64,000 nucleotides of DNA from Neodothiora populina (lineage: Eukaryota): positions 62,001 to 126,000 of the forward strand of contig NW_027191407.1 in the NCBI RefSeq assembly GCF_041146345.1, written 5' to 3'. The notes under the pieces are model-generated. The model was not told where the DNA came from. It did no database searches and saw nothing but the letters and a program-made list of their open reading frames with translations. This document shows, piece after piece, positions 48,013-60,757 of this stretch; the stretch's first letter is position 1, and every line of letters begins with the position of its first letter. The translations under genes were made by a program, and so were the position numbers.

Positions 48013-49576
48013 ATGTCTTCTCCGTACGATCGTTACGACACGCGACGGCGCAGAACACTATACGGACCCCAGGGAGGACAGCGTCGGTCAACGCTGGGAT
48101 ACTGGGTGCCTCTTGTGCTGACGGTGACATTTGCCACTGCTGGCCTGGTCGCCTGGATATGGAGTGAACGACAAACGGACGATGACGATGAGCATGATAA
48201 CGATAAAAACGACGACCGACCTTCATACGGGCCGAGACCACCCTCGCAACCACGTCGTCCTCGAGGCGACAATGATGAATATGGCGACGACGACGTTTAC
48301 GATGAGAACGATCACACTGGAGAAAGAGCAGCAGCGGGACCAGAAGACACACTAGAGTCACCACCGCCTGCGTATGCCTCCCGCACCGCGACAGGAGAGC
48401 AAGACGAAGGATTCCTCTCACGCGTCTCCGGCGCTGTGAGGCGTAGTCCCTCTCCGCAGCAATTCTTCGACAGCGCAGGCCAGAGGCTCGCTGCCGGGGT
48501 AGCCGCCGCCGGAGCAGCAGTCGGTCTCGGGTCCATACGGGAAGAAAGCAGCAGCGGTAGTGGCACAAGAGCACGAGAGCCAGAAGAAGGAGCTGCGGCC
48601 GGAGGATTCTCTGACCATGAAAGATGGAGCGAGGAAGTCGAGACGAAACAGCGTGGAGAGACGCAGAGCGGAGCTGTAGCAAGAGATGCTGCGCAGTCGA
48701 GCAAAGCGAAGAGACCGCGACGGACTGTCGCTATAGTCGTCAGCGCCGAGACTACGGCCAAAGACATGCGCCACGAGGGAGAAGTAGGGTACAGAACCGA
48801 ACATGCAGTGAGTGGCTCCCTTCCTGTAGTCCGATTGACTAGGAAAACTAACGATCATCTATCAGTCCATACTCTCTCACCTTCCCCCACATTTCGACCC
48901 CTCGACAACCCGCTTATTTGTCCTCATATACGCACCCCACCTGACAAGTCTGCCCCCAACTCAACAGCATCCTTCTTCGCCTTCCTCCTCATCATCAAAG
49001 CACACTCCTCCGTCTCTCTCATCGTCCTACTCGGCAATCGCCGCTCCCAGCGACGCAGACGACGACGACGAAGAAGACGACGACAATTCCCCCTCAACCC
49101 CCAAAAAGAAGAAACAAAACCCCTTCCTCCACCAGCGTTTCGAGACCCTCTACACTCAGGCCTCAGCACTAGTCGACCAACCCTATTCCATCCTGCCCTT
49201 CACGACCCCGACAGGCCACATGCATATCCTGCGCCACTTGGGCCCATCTCTGATCTACATCCCGGACTCGTCTTCTTCAGAATCTGCTACAAACCTTTGC
49301 GGCGAGAATGGATCCACTGTCGCCCAACTGAAAGGCTGGGTCGGTCAGATTGTTGTCGTTGTCGGGGACGATGACGGCCATGCTGGTCTTGTAGACACGA
49401 GTAGTGATGACGAAGATGCACATGATAAGACAGGTCATGGTCGAAAGGGATCGTCGAGTTCGTGGTGGGTTGATAGCGAGCTTGTGGGTTTGGGCAAGGG
49501 GGTTGAAGTCGTCGATGCGGCGCTTGTCGGGGACGATTGGGTCAGGAGGGTCGGAGGGCCGAAGAAGGATCAATGA
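48013..49576 (+). CDS. Pex22-like peroxin of filamentous fungi (Fam1-like); 2 exons
   Basis: GYWVPLVLTVTFATAGLVAWIWSER transmembrane segment, TVAIVVSA, EHA|SILSHL across intron ~48808-48864, HILRHL, GLGKGVEVVD. Family call from memory. Confidence 0.7.
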
Positions 49577-50294
49577 GGAAATCAGATGCGATGGGACTGC
49601 TAGAAGTCGGTCGTTTATTCTTGATGAGAAAGAGGAGGACCCATGGTGTTTGCTATGAATGTATCAACTTCTCGATCCCGACCACTGCGCCTTCTATTGT
49701 TCGGAGATACAGCGCCTCGAAGAGCCACGCGTTGATTTGATACTACAAGAACGAAGAACCCTTTCACTGCTCTTTTGTATGAAGCCCATCCACAAGTTAT
49801 CATTTGATGCAGAGGTTAGCGTATATTGCTGTCTTTGAATGCGAGATCAGAGACGACTAGCAGCGACATCTGGAAGAACATCTCCGTCGAATCGCGTTCC
49901 TTGTGGGGCAAATGCTCATATCTGTGTTGGATAACAGCATACGACATCAACCACCACCACCAGCATCAAAAGGTGGTGACACCGTAGCTGACCAGTCAGC
50001 AAAGTCGGGCGTATATTGCTTGCAATGTATTCGTTGACGTACCCGCCATGACACAGCCACAGTGGGCAAGGAAGATTCGATGTGTGACATGGAATGTAGG
50101 TAGCCTGCTACCTCCGTCAGTATTAAGCATAATTGTCACCATCCACCCAGTCTTATGCCCACCGTACTCGACTCGGAAGTTCGTAGATACACGTCGAGCA
50201 GATGGCAGGACAGCCGAATCATGTGGCAGTCGTTACACTGGCCCAGCCAGTTCGACTGAGCGAGTGAGCGAAATAATCTTGATGCACGTGAGTC

Positions 50295-50987
50295 TCAGCT
50301 TGTCCCTCTTCCCCTAGTGCCCCTGGTGCCTCTCCCAATGCCTCTAGCAGCTCGAGCGCTGGCACGACCTCTACCACCTTGGCCGCCCACACCAACATAG
50401 CCAGGAGTAGCATTGCTTGTGGCAGCACTGGTGGGCCTCGAGGTGGTTGTGCCTCTGACTCTTCCTCTGGTGCCTCTCGTGGTTGTAGGGGCAACAGTCC
50501 TCCTTCTTTCTTCCTCCTCTGCTCTTCGCGCGGCGGCATCACGTCTGGCCTGTTCCTCGGCAGCTCGGCGCTCGGCAGCCTGTTGACGCATGGCGGCCTC
50601 ATTCTCTACATCCTCGAGGTCCTGCGTCGCTCCGTGCCAGTTTGGATTCAGAATAAGACGCTGATTGTGCTCGGTTTGCGACAGGATGCGGGTCCAAGTG
50701 TTGAGAAGGGTCGAGGCGGACTGAACTGTAGAGTTGACATTGTCCATATCACCGCGCGCCTTCTGCAGATTGGCAATGACGTTTTCCACCACTTTATTCA
50801 CTGATCTGACGTTCTCAAGTTCTTCCCTCAACGCCGCATCTCGACTCTCTCGTTGATCGCGCCGGTCATGTCTCGAAGGGGTGGGGTCTGCGGTGCGCGT
50901 TGCAGGTTCCTTGATTGGAGAGTCGAATATGTCATCATGATCGGAGTCGTGTGTACGAGGCGTACGTGCATTTGGCGATTCGGACAT
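50295..50987 (-). CDS. DUO1: DASH complex subunit Duo1
   Basis: LREELENVRSVNKVVE, ASTLLNTWTRILSQTEHNQRLILNPNW, Arg/Gly-rich tail. Confidence 0.9.
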   Translation of the reverse strand: MSESPNARTPRTHDSDHDDIFDSPIKEPATRTADPTPSRHDRRDQRESRDAALREELENVRSVNKVVENVIANLQKARGDMDNVNSTVQSASTLLNTWTRILSQTEHNQRLILNPNWHGATQDLEDVENEAAMRQQAAERRAAEEQARRDAAARRAEEEERRRTVAPTTTRGTRGRVRGTTTSRPTSAATSNATPGYVGVGGQGGRGRASARAARGIGRGTRGTRGRGTS

Positions 50988-51415
50988 GCCTGTTGCGTTC
51001 AGATCGTATGGTGAGGATGGTGTAGTGAAAGGGTGCAAAGCCGGAGAAGTCGTAGAGAAGGAACCAACAGGCGTAGGGAGCGACAAGGAGGTGATTTGTC
51101 AATTGTGGCTTCAGCCAATTCAGCTCTGCAAAGAAATCAACACGTCGCGACACGGTTGTTACACGTGTGGTGTATACATGGTATGGAAATTTGCGCCTGA
51201 TCGTACTGTAAATGAGGCACCGCGCTTGCCATATAAACATAGAAGGTGCAGGTACAAGAAGGGCAGGCACGGCATCGGCGTTTCGGTAAAATGCCGGCGT
51301 GACCAGCAAGGAAGGAGGGGAAGACATGGCGGGGCTGTCGAACTCGGGCATTAGTTTCACGCGGATCCATCAGGTGTTCAGTCATTCATACACATCCTTA
51401 CACACATCAATCACA

Positions 51416-52246
51416 ATGTTCAAGAAAGACGTTAGTAAGTCAAGTATCGTGCAGAATAGGTTGCGGTTCTGATCATGTGCACCAAATCAGATCAGTCCCG
51501 GTGCCAAAAGCAAGGTCAAGTCTTCGGCCCAGAGAGCGATTCGCTCAAAGGTGCTTGAGCAATACCCTCTGCTAGAACCCTATATCGATGAGATAATGCC
51601 CAAGAAAGAGCAGCTCGACCTGGTGAAGGTGTAAGTTTTTCAAATCTTTGTCGTCTCTCACTTCTCCTCTGGATGAGTCAACCGGCGGAACACCTCATTG
51701 GGGACAGAGACGCGCATGGCATCGAGTCTCGCCGTCTGCTCGAGAATCCCAGACCTGGCCAGAAATCGATTGATGTGACAATGTACGCAAATTTCTAACA
51801 TACCATGAAACAGACCGGATCGAGTCTCTCTATACGTCCTCGGCTCTACTCCGCTCTTCTTTCAACACATGGACGACCCCATGACTCCCCACCTTTCCCT
51901 GGTTCACAAATACCCGCAATGCTTCCCCAGGATACGCATCGACCGAGGCGCAATTCGTTTCGTCCTATCAGGCGCCGCATTGATGGCACCTGGCCTCACA
52001 TCTCCGGGCGGTCGCCTACCAGATCCGTCCGTAAAAGAGGACGACAAAGAAGGCAATGATGGGTACGGTGGACGCGAACTTCAGGCTGGTGAGATCGTCG
52101 TGGTCGATGCTGAGGGCAAAGAGAACGCCTGTATGGTCGGTCCGCTGAAGGTCGGCACGAAGGAGATGAAAGAGAAGAAGAAGGGCCCAGCCATCGAGAA
52201 CGGACATTACCTGGGTGATGGCTTGTGGAAGCTCGAATTAAACTAG
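51416..52246 (+). CDS. TMA20: Translation machinery-associated protein 20 (MCT-1, PUA domain); 3 exons
   Basis: MFKKD|ISPGAKSKVKSSAQR, IMPKKEQL, IDRGAIRFVLSGAALMAPGLTSPGG, HYLGDGLW. Confidence 0.93.
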
Positions 52247-52708
52247 GGCCTCGGTGAAGCATGGCCGAAGTTTACAAAACTCGAATAGAGAGATCATGCC
52301 CCCGAGTGTGACAAATAGACTCGAAAAGAAATGCATTATGCGTGAGGTTACGCAGCCATGAATGAAATTATTCTCAAGACGAACAAATCCCGGACAGCCT
52401 ATTTTTTGACGTTCCTGATTGATCTGCTCAAGCTCTTCAGACACCCTCATTGGCTGCCTTTGTTCCTTTTCTAATTCATCGTTGCTCTGTGATGATAGTA
52501 GTATCTCTGTTAGGTGTGAATGAGAGACTCATGCCCAGTTGCATGATCGGATGATCGGCGCTTCTTTTCTCCGATCATTTTCCAGCTTCACCCTCTAATT
52601 ACCTGGTCGTCTAGATTGAATGAAACTGCCGTCTACTTTCGTGGGTCGCGTGGTGTCCTGCTGGACTTCGCTATTCATCTGGCTAGAATTCTGCATCAAA
52701 TCAAAGGC

Positions 52709-53935
52709 ATGCCTCGTACAGGGCATCAATTCATCCCCGTGTGGCAGCCCCTGGATGCTGAGAAGACATATCGCACTAAAGTCTACGGTCCAAGCAGGAA
52801 GCGGAAAAGAGTTTCTGCACAACACGATAGCGATGATGATGATGAAGAAGAAGAAGAAGAAGACGTATACCCACAAGTCTCGAGCTCACCAGCAACTTCT
52901 GCCTGGGATCAGAGACATCTCACAGACATCGACATTGAGGCGTACAACATAGCCGGACATTCGAAAAGTTTACCACTGCCAGCTCACCCTTTCCCTCATG
53001 CGGCCATCAGCGTACCTCGCCGCCATGTAAGTGCAGAAACCATTCAAAAAAGTCTTGCTGCATTGAAGCCTCCGTTGTATGTCCCTGCGCCACCAGAGGA
53101 TGAAGACGCCAAGACTTCCCTTCGCCGCCACCATCTCGGTGTAATGACTACGATCATGCACACCACTCTACTGCGCGGTGATTATGTGCGGGCAGGTAGG
53201 GCATGGGGCATGATCCTTCGTACTGAGGTCTTCGGTCGAGCTGTCGATGTGCGTACTTACGAACGTTGGGGTATTGGTGCAGAGATACTACTGCGAAAGC
53301 ACACGAAAAATGTCGTCACCTCCCTACTCAGCGAGAACAGCTACGATGACGATGCTAGTAGCTCTGATGAGGTTGTCGTAGGCGAAGAAGGATTTCAGCT
53401 GGCGAAGGATTACTTTGAGCGGCTAATCCTTCAGTATCCATACCAGAAAACGCATCCTAATGCTATAAGTAGTCTGACCTTCCAGCCTGCTATGTACGGA
53501 CTATGTATATACGAGATCCAACAACAACATAAACAAGCGCTCAAGAAAGCTGAGCAGGCATCGCGAAGCCCCTCTCCATCTTTTGAGCGAGATCCTTCAG
53601 ATGACGAACATAACAAGGACAGCATTCCTAGCCTCGAAAGTAGGCAGGCTGCAGTCGTCAAAGGGACCCTGGCTAAAGCTATCACTCTGGCTGATCGAAT
53701 GGCTGAGCTAATGTTGAGTCCGCCCAACGACACTTACTTGCCGCTGCTCCGGCTTCGCGCGATGTTGGCGCTTTGGATCGCCGACATGGTTCAAATTGTC
53801 GTGGACAACGATGAGAAGGTCGATCCCATGTACAGCTACAGACTCGATAAAGAAAAGGCGATTGCAAGGAAGTTTGTTCTTGAGATGGACAAGAAAGGTG
53901 AAGAGCTACCAGCATTCTTCACGCTTAACGATTGA
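52709..53935 (+). CDS. RRN11: RNA polymerase I core factor subunit Rrn11-like
   Basis: HLGVMTTIMHTTLLRGDYVRAGRAWGMILR, WGIGAEILL, YFERLILQYP. Confidence 0.72.
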   Translation: MPRTGHQFIPVWQPLDAEKTYRTKVYGPSRKRKRVSAQHDSDDDDEEEEEEDVYPQVSSSPATSAWDQRHLTDIDIEAYNIAGHSKSLPLPAHPFPHAAISVPRRHVSAETIQKSLAALKPPLYVPAPPEDEDAKTSLRRHHLGVMTTIMHTTLLRGDYVRAGRAWGMILRTEVFGRAVDVRTYERWGIGAEILLRKHTKNVVTSLLSENSYDDDASSSDEVVVGEEGFQLAKDYFERLILQYPYQKTHPNAISSLTFQPAMYGLCIYEIQQQHKQALKKAEQASRSPSPSFERDPSDDEHNKDSIPSLESRQAAVVKGTLAKAITLADRMAELMLSPPNDTYLPLLRLRAMLALWIADMVQIVVDNDEKVDPMYSYRLDKEKAIARKFVLEMDKKGEELPAFFTLND

Positions 53936-54175
53936 TTTTTATGAGATACCCCAAACGCATGTTCTATCCGCTTATACATATTCAATCTCGCTAGCAAAAG
54001 CGTTTGTTTTCGGTTTCTGGGCAAATAGTGTATGGAATTGAAACATTCTTGATTATGAATTGTTGATTTGTATTGGCTACGGCCAATGCCTGCTCACGGT
54101 AAACATGTAGACATGCTTGCTATCGTAGCATAATCGGTGGAAGAGATAATCGGTGGAAGAGACAAGAGACATACA

Positions 54176-54896
54176 CTAAGCCTTTTCGGGGATCCCTGAT
54201 TATAGTGTCAGCCTCGCAGTTCATTGTATCGCTAGCCTCAGCCAGGTCTGTAATGCACTTACCAGAAGCTTGCTTGGCCTCACCAAACGAATCTCTACCG
54301 GAGGCAAAGACCTTGTCGAAGTCGTACTCGAACCATCTGATATCAGGACTCAAGCCGGCAAATTTCCACACACCGTCAACCTTCTTGTACCAGTGTTTGT
54401 TGTAGCTGTGAGCATGTCCTTTGACTGCGACATGTGCGCGGCTCTCGTCCGTGTATTTCTGGTGAGGTACTCGCAGCTGGTGATAGCCAATGATTTCGTC
54501 ATCTGACACTCTCTCCCATTTTGTGCCGCCGATAAAGTGTTGCGTCTTGAGGAGCGGATCACCCAACACATTGGGGTCTGATGCCATTTTCACGAACTCC
54601 TCTGCCGGCATTGCCTCCCAGATCTTGTCGAGGAAGGAGCGATAGTCAATTCTGAGTGTGGGCGCGATACAGGTTTCGAGCTTCTTCCAGTCCTGCCGAG
54701 CATTAGTGAATCTCACTTGCAACGCGAGACACTCATGCAGCTCACCTTGCTGTCATAGCTGTCTGCCCAGTCGTAGCAGGCCGCCATGCAACCAAGCATC
54801 TCTGGTATGAGATCAGTACCCCATCTCGGTGTATTTATTGTACAGATATCGTGTATCCGGGAATGCTCCCTTACCTTCGTGGGTCGGAAAGCTCAT
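54176..54896 (-). CDS. SCD1: Scytalone dehydratase (DHN-melanin pathway); 4 exons
   Basis: MSFPTHE|EMLGC...WADSYDSK|DWKKL, IDYRSFL, LKTQHFIG, HQLRVPHQ, VKGHAHSYN, WKFAGL; last intron gives ...ASGIPEKA*. Confidence 0.95.
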
Positions 54897-56129
54897 GATG
54901 ATCGAGGTTCAATGGCGATATGCACTACAAGAGCATCCAAAAATGATTTACAGACCATCATCAACGATCTTCCATTGTTTATATAGTCTCTACAATCAAG
55001 TAACCAATCTCGGACACTTGCTTCACGCGCGACCCGACTTGACCGAACTCCCCACCACAGTCCGAAGAGTGTCTACGGAAAGCAAGAGGGGCCGAAGGCT
55101 GGTACCCGGATTGCTTTGCAAACGGACTGTTGCCATTGTCTTACACTCGATAGCCTCAAATAGCATTGCTATTTATTCTCGGAATGATTTCAAACATGAT
55201 AAAGTCAGATTGTGTCATCATCTGTGATCACTCAAATACCTTATGCTTCGCATCACAGTATCGTGCAGGTCATGCAAGAGCCGCTCATGTATAAGATCCT
55301 ACCTTAGTTCTACAGTATGGAGATGGCGCTACCTTATTACCACCCCCACCAAGTCGGCGTCGCCAAGACGGCCCGTGGAACCTCACCGTCTGCGTCCAAC
55401 CGATGCAGGTACTCCCTTCATTATATTTACATGATTGACAATCACCTATACAGTGAAATCCAGACAGCTCCCAAGCATGATGTCGTCGGACACTTACTAA
55501 GAAGCTTCTTCGATCAATACATCGCGTCTTCCGCTAGGGGATCTTGCGCGAGGTCGGAGAATATTTGTGCCGCCTACCTTACTTGTACAAGGCTCGACAG
55601 GTACGAATGCTGATCAAGGCTGCTGCCGAGCTTTAGCGTAACGCATCGTCGTAGTCGCCCTGTCCCATGCCGAAATCGCCTTGATTGGATGCTCCTCTAC
55701 AAGCTAATCGCCGGTACTTGTGCTTGGGGAAAATAGGTGCGGAACACTGTAGGCATACAATACTGCGCTCAAACAATCACCATCTCAGGGGCTGTTAGAT
55801 GATCATCGCGCCAACCCCACCATCTACGCTCTATTTGTAGAATGAGGAAAAATAGAACGCGATCATTCTCAGTCGTGACCTCCTATACCTTGCAGGGCGT
55901 GTCGGTCATATTCATCCTGCGGTCTCCAAGTCGTCAGGTTTCAATAGGAGGACCCCTTTGTTGTTACTCGAATTCCTGTACAGAACTTGCTTGAGTACGC
56001 GCTTCCATTCGCAACATATAATAAAGATACGCTGTGCATGATCGCAACAATTGAGTCGATATTTGTGAACTGTGTGAACATGTCCATTTGCTAGTCACGA
56101 CCATTGCCCGCGACATTCTTTCCTTCACG

Positions 56130-57374
56130 ATGATCTGGAGTTCCGCGCTCGGCCTCGTTGGCCTTCTTTCCAGCGCCAGTGCATATACTGCTCTCTCAGA
56201 CGACTCGTTGCGCAATTTACCTGACCCAGGAAGTGATTTCGACATCAAGACTGGCGCTCTTCTGGCTCCTATATTACAGCCTCGAGTGCCGGGCACTCCT
56301 GGATCCACCGCCGTCCTCACTCATTTTGTCGATTTCTTCCAGCACTCCCTTCCCGAGTGGAAGCTGTCGTTCCAGAACTCCACTTCTACCACACCGCTAT
56401 CAAATGGCGCCGAGATACCTTTCGTCAATCTGATAGCCACGCGAGATCCGCCATGGGCCACGGACGGTGAAGTCGGAAGACTGGCTCTGGTCGCCCATTA
56501 TGACAGTAAAATAGATCCTCCTGGCTTCATTGGCGCCATCGACAGCGCAGCGCCTTGCGCCATGATCATGCATATCGCCAGAAGTATAGACGATGCTCTT
56601 ACCAAGAGATGGGCCTCTCTAGACGACGATCCATTGGCCACCAAAGATCTAGAAGAAGACGTAGGAGTCCAGATCTTGTTGCTGGACGGTGAGGAGGCTT
56701 TCCACGTCTGGACACACACAGATTCAGTCTACGGCGCACGGTACATATAACCTTCCACCGGTATACAACCCATCTCTGACAGCACTAACATCCACCTCAG
56801 TTCTCTCGCCAAAGAGTGGGAGGAGACGGTGAATCCTGCCACCTCCACTTATCGCACTCCCCTCGACTCGATCGACCTTTTCCTACTTTTGGACCTACTC
56901 GGTTCTGCACACCCCACTGTGCCGTCCTATTTCAAAACCACCCATTGGGCTTACCAGCGTCTAGCCGAACTCGAGGGCAGGCTTCGCTCCTTGCAACAAT
57001 TCAAATCTTCGCCCAACCATCCCTCTAAGAGATCCTCGCCGGATCACTCACCGAGAGACGAACCGCATTTCCTTCCAGAAGCGAACAAGGGAGATGGGGA
57101 CAGGTGGATGGGCGGTATGATCGAAGATGACCATATTCCCTTCCAGGCACGAGGCGTCGACATTCTACATATGATCCCTGCACCATTTCCTTCTGTATGG
57201 CATAATATGGATGATGATGGTGAACACCTAGATCTGGATACTGTGGAGGACTGGACCAAGCTTTTTACTGCTTTCACCGCCGAATGGATGGACTTGGAAG
57301 GTTTCGTTGACCAACCCAAGCCTGATGGAGGTAGACGGCAGACGTTTGCGAACAATGAGAGAGACGAATTGTGA
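56130..57374 (+). CDS. Glutaminyl-peptide cyclotransferase (peptidase M28 family), secretory; 2 exons
   Basis: Signal peptide, PRVPGTPG, AHYDSK, GAIDSAAPCA, DGEEAF, LLDLLG, IEDDHIPF, FPSVWH; intron 56741-56800. Confidence 0.93.
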
Positions 57375-58038
57375 GTTAGATTCTTCGTGCGCGTACATGT
57401 CGCTGCACCTTCCAGTGTTGATGCCGGATTAGGCAATGAAACCATCATACCCCACACCGAGGTTCTGAAGGGAATGCAAAACGCTTCAGCCGACCATGCC
57501 TCACTGTTACCTGATGCGATATACCTGCATTCCAGAGGGCCGGTGTTACCCTAATCTCGAACTTGCCGAGTGCGCCGACCCTCACAATTGTCCCACAAAC
57601 ACACTTGCTCTTTCTGCAACATCTTTTATTCAACTCATAAGTGACAATCTGGTTTGTGCAGCCACGACGAGCCTGCTCTAAACGACATGGCAAACAAAAG
57701 AAAATGGGCTTACGTCTATAAGCATCAGTCGGTCGTAGGTGCGGCCAATCCTGACCCAGGCTCGAAAATATGCCACGCCTTTGTCTGAAAGTCGCTTGAG
57801 GCGCAACTCGGCGCATCCATTACACTGCCATTTGCGGTATGATGGTTAGCAGCACGCTTCGTCCCTCGAACCTTTGAGTTATTCTATATAGCTCTACTTG
57901 AACATCGCCCCCTTCCGCAAAGAACCCTTCGTGACTACGAACATTGGCCAAGGTGTCTTGCGACCCAGAAGATCGGACTGACAACACTTCCAAAGCTTTC
58001 CTGAATCTCACAACACTACGTCTTTTGAAACTAACGCT

Positions 58039-59441
58039 ATGTCGGCAAAAGTGCCACGTACTGGACATCATGATGTTCGCTCGTTTGTAACACAGTCAAT
58101 CGAGCCCACGAATGACGTTATAGACGTGGACGCGGTGTTGGACCCAGATCTTAAACGAGAAACCCGTAGATCTGGTGCCCCCTCACCCGAGATTGACGTA
58201 GCTCAGGAGCAGCTACAATGGGTCGCTTTTGACGCTGGAGACTTTGAAGATAGAAATGAACCCTTGATGTTTCTCAGTCCTTTCACTGTCAAAAATAGCG
58301 GCCGTCGTACCATTCGCTGTGAGTTTTTCTGTTGCATTCTGTTGTACTCTCCCGTGCCGGATGCTGATGGATGCTAGCTAAGGCAATCATACCTGAAGAG
58401 TTCATAACTCGGGTTCCTTACAAGAGTCCCTGCTTCCCTCAACAAGACGAGAAAGGCGCTAGAGTTAGTGCCGATCTCATGGAGCGTTTGACTGAGAATC
58501 ATCGTGCCGCAGCCGCAGCTGCTAATCTTGTCGATCTTTTGACAGTGGATCATCATGCTGCATCCGCAGCTGCTACAAAAATCGCAAACAGTGACACAAA
58601 TGAGGACGACACTCTCGACATGGTGCGTGCACCCGGCTCCGACTCGGTACAGTGGGACAATGACCCCTCGTTCCAGTTATTTCTAAGTCGACTTGATCAG
58701 GAGGAACACTTGCGACATCATCGATTCCATCCTCTATCCAAATACACTTCGTATGACGAAGAAAATTGCACCGGGTGTCTAAAGCTAGTACTACCGAAAG
58801 GTGTTTCTAGGCCAGCAAAGGTTGCACCTGCCCTTAGGGACAATCATGAGCTCTGGCGTCGCTTCTGGCAAGCTCGGTGTAGCCTGGACGAGGAGGACGT
58901 ATACAGCGGGCGATTTTGCCCTGTTTGCATGTCCCGTTTCGAGGATATCACAAGCGAGCCTAGCCCAAGCTCGCATATGGAGTCTCATCGTGCCAGTCAT
59001 ATGAAGGCGACAGTCCGCAAAGTCTCCCATGCTAAAGAACAAAATGCGCCTGTGGATCCGATCATTATGGATAGCCCTTTTGTGCAACATCTCCGATTCG
59101 CAAAGGGAGACGCAAAACACAAGGCTACTCGTCTCGAGAGGATGTGTAACCTTGCCGAAAACGAAGTCTTGGAGCGTGAGGAATACTGCCGCATCTGTCT
59201 TATGACGTTTGACTACGGCAGTGCGGAAGTCGTCGAGCATTACCGTGATCATGTAAAAGAGGACGTAAAGCAAGACGATGACAACTTTAATGCGGCCAGA
59301 CTACCGGCTATGTCATTTGAATGGTCCGAGGCTGATTTGTTACTTGCGTTGTTTTCCTCGTCGGACAATGTCAAGTCAAACGGCCATGGCAAGGGGAAAG
59401 GGAAGGAAAGGGCTGGTGAGGAGCAAGATAATGTGGTTTAG
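58039..59441 (+). CDS. Hypothetical protein with two atypical C2H2-like zinc motifs; 2 exons
   Basis: Intron ~58319-58377 joins two ORFs; CPVC..HMESH and CRIC..HYRDH motifs. Confidence 0.6.
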
Positions 59442-60757
59442 GTTTCTCATAGAGACAAAACAAGGATATACTTGTTCCATGGCTTATCGGAATTGAGCAT
59501 ATTCCTGTCATGGCCTACAGGAAGAGTGATGTTTATCATACAATCTACGTCATATTCACTTCACAGAATATGACTTAAAGGGCGATTGCTTAAATATTGT
59601 CGTGTCCCCCGTTTGTCTCAATAGTTCGGTACTGTTCGTAAGTTACTTGATTAGTCCAGGACACACCCGTCACCCGATAAGGCCTCAACAATCTGGACCA
59701 CGTGCTCAAGGTATTATTCGAGATCATGGGAATGGTCATGAGGGTCACCCTGTCCGTTCCTCATGGACCTGAGGCACCTGAAATATCCGCAACATCTCGC
59801 ATGAGCACATGGTTCAACACACATGACCAAACAGAGAACACCGGAAAGCCACGAGTAAAACCACGCAAACGGGGTGAGATGGATGCACTGCTCCGTAACC
59901 ATCATCGTCACAGACAATTCGACACGCAAAGGCCAGACCCGAAAATGGATACTAACTCAAACCCCCTCCACAGTACCCATCGCCAACGTAAACAATTTCA
60001 CATCGATAGAATATGATTTTCCGATAGCTGGCTCGTGATGGTTTCTCTGGATGTGAGGGAGGCGAGGGCTAGGTCAGGGTACCTGGGGAAGGCGAGAAAC
60101 ATGCTCATTCTCACTCAAATGACTATGTTTCTTGGCGTGGGCGCGCTGCGTTGTGTTACGGCGGTGCGGTGCCCTACCAGGCACATGCATCTACAGTGCT
60201 ATTTCTCAGCCTACTATTCTAGCCCGCTCGCGCAGTCCGGCACATTGCAGCTCAATATAGTCTATCAGCACCGCTTGCGCCTATACGTATGCATGTTCAC
60301 CCTTTACTGGAACAGTCAGGCCAGAAACAAAAAGCTTTATCGGTCCGCGGGTTGACCAATAATCTCTAGATCTGTTTCGAGTCTGTGACCTGTGGCGCAT
60401 CATTGGATGCGAGAGGCAGGTAGGGGGCCGAAGGTGGAGGTGAGTTAGTTTCGTGTTTATGTGTTAGTGTAGCGGGTTGCGGTCATTTATGACCTTGATG
60501 GTCGGTTCATCCGGGGAAAAGAGTAAGTGGTGCAGTAAGATAGTAGAATGAGGTCAGGTAAGGTAGGTATATAGGGATCGCTGTAGACCACCTTGATGGT
60601 TAGATATCCTTTATCTCCACTTGTTCCTTGTGTTGTGTGTCTGCTTTTGTGATCTGTCTGTTGCTTGGATACTCCCTCATCGTAGGGAATCGTCTTCGAT
60701 CACCTATAGTCCTGTAAAGAGAACGGACGTTCATCGGAGAAGAGAAGAACAGGCATA

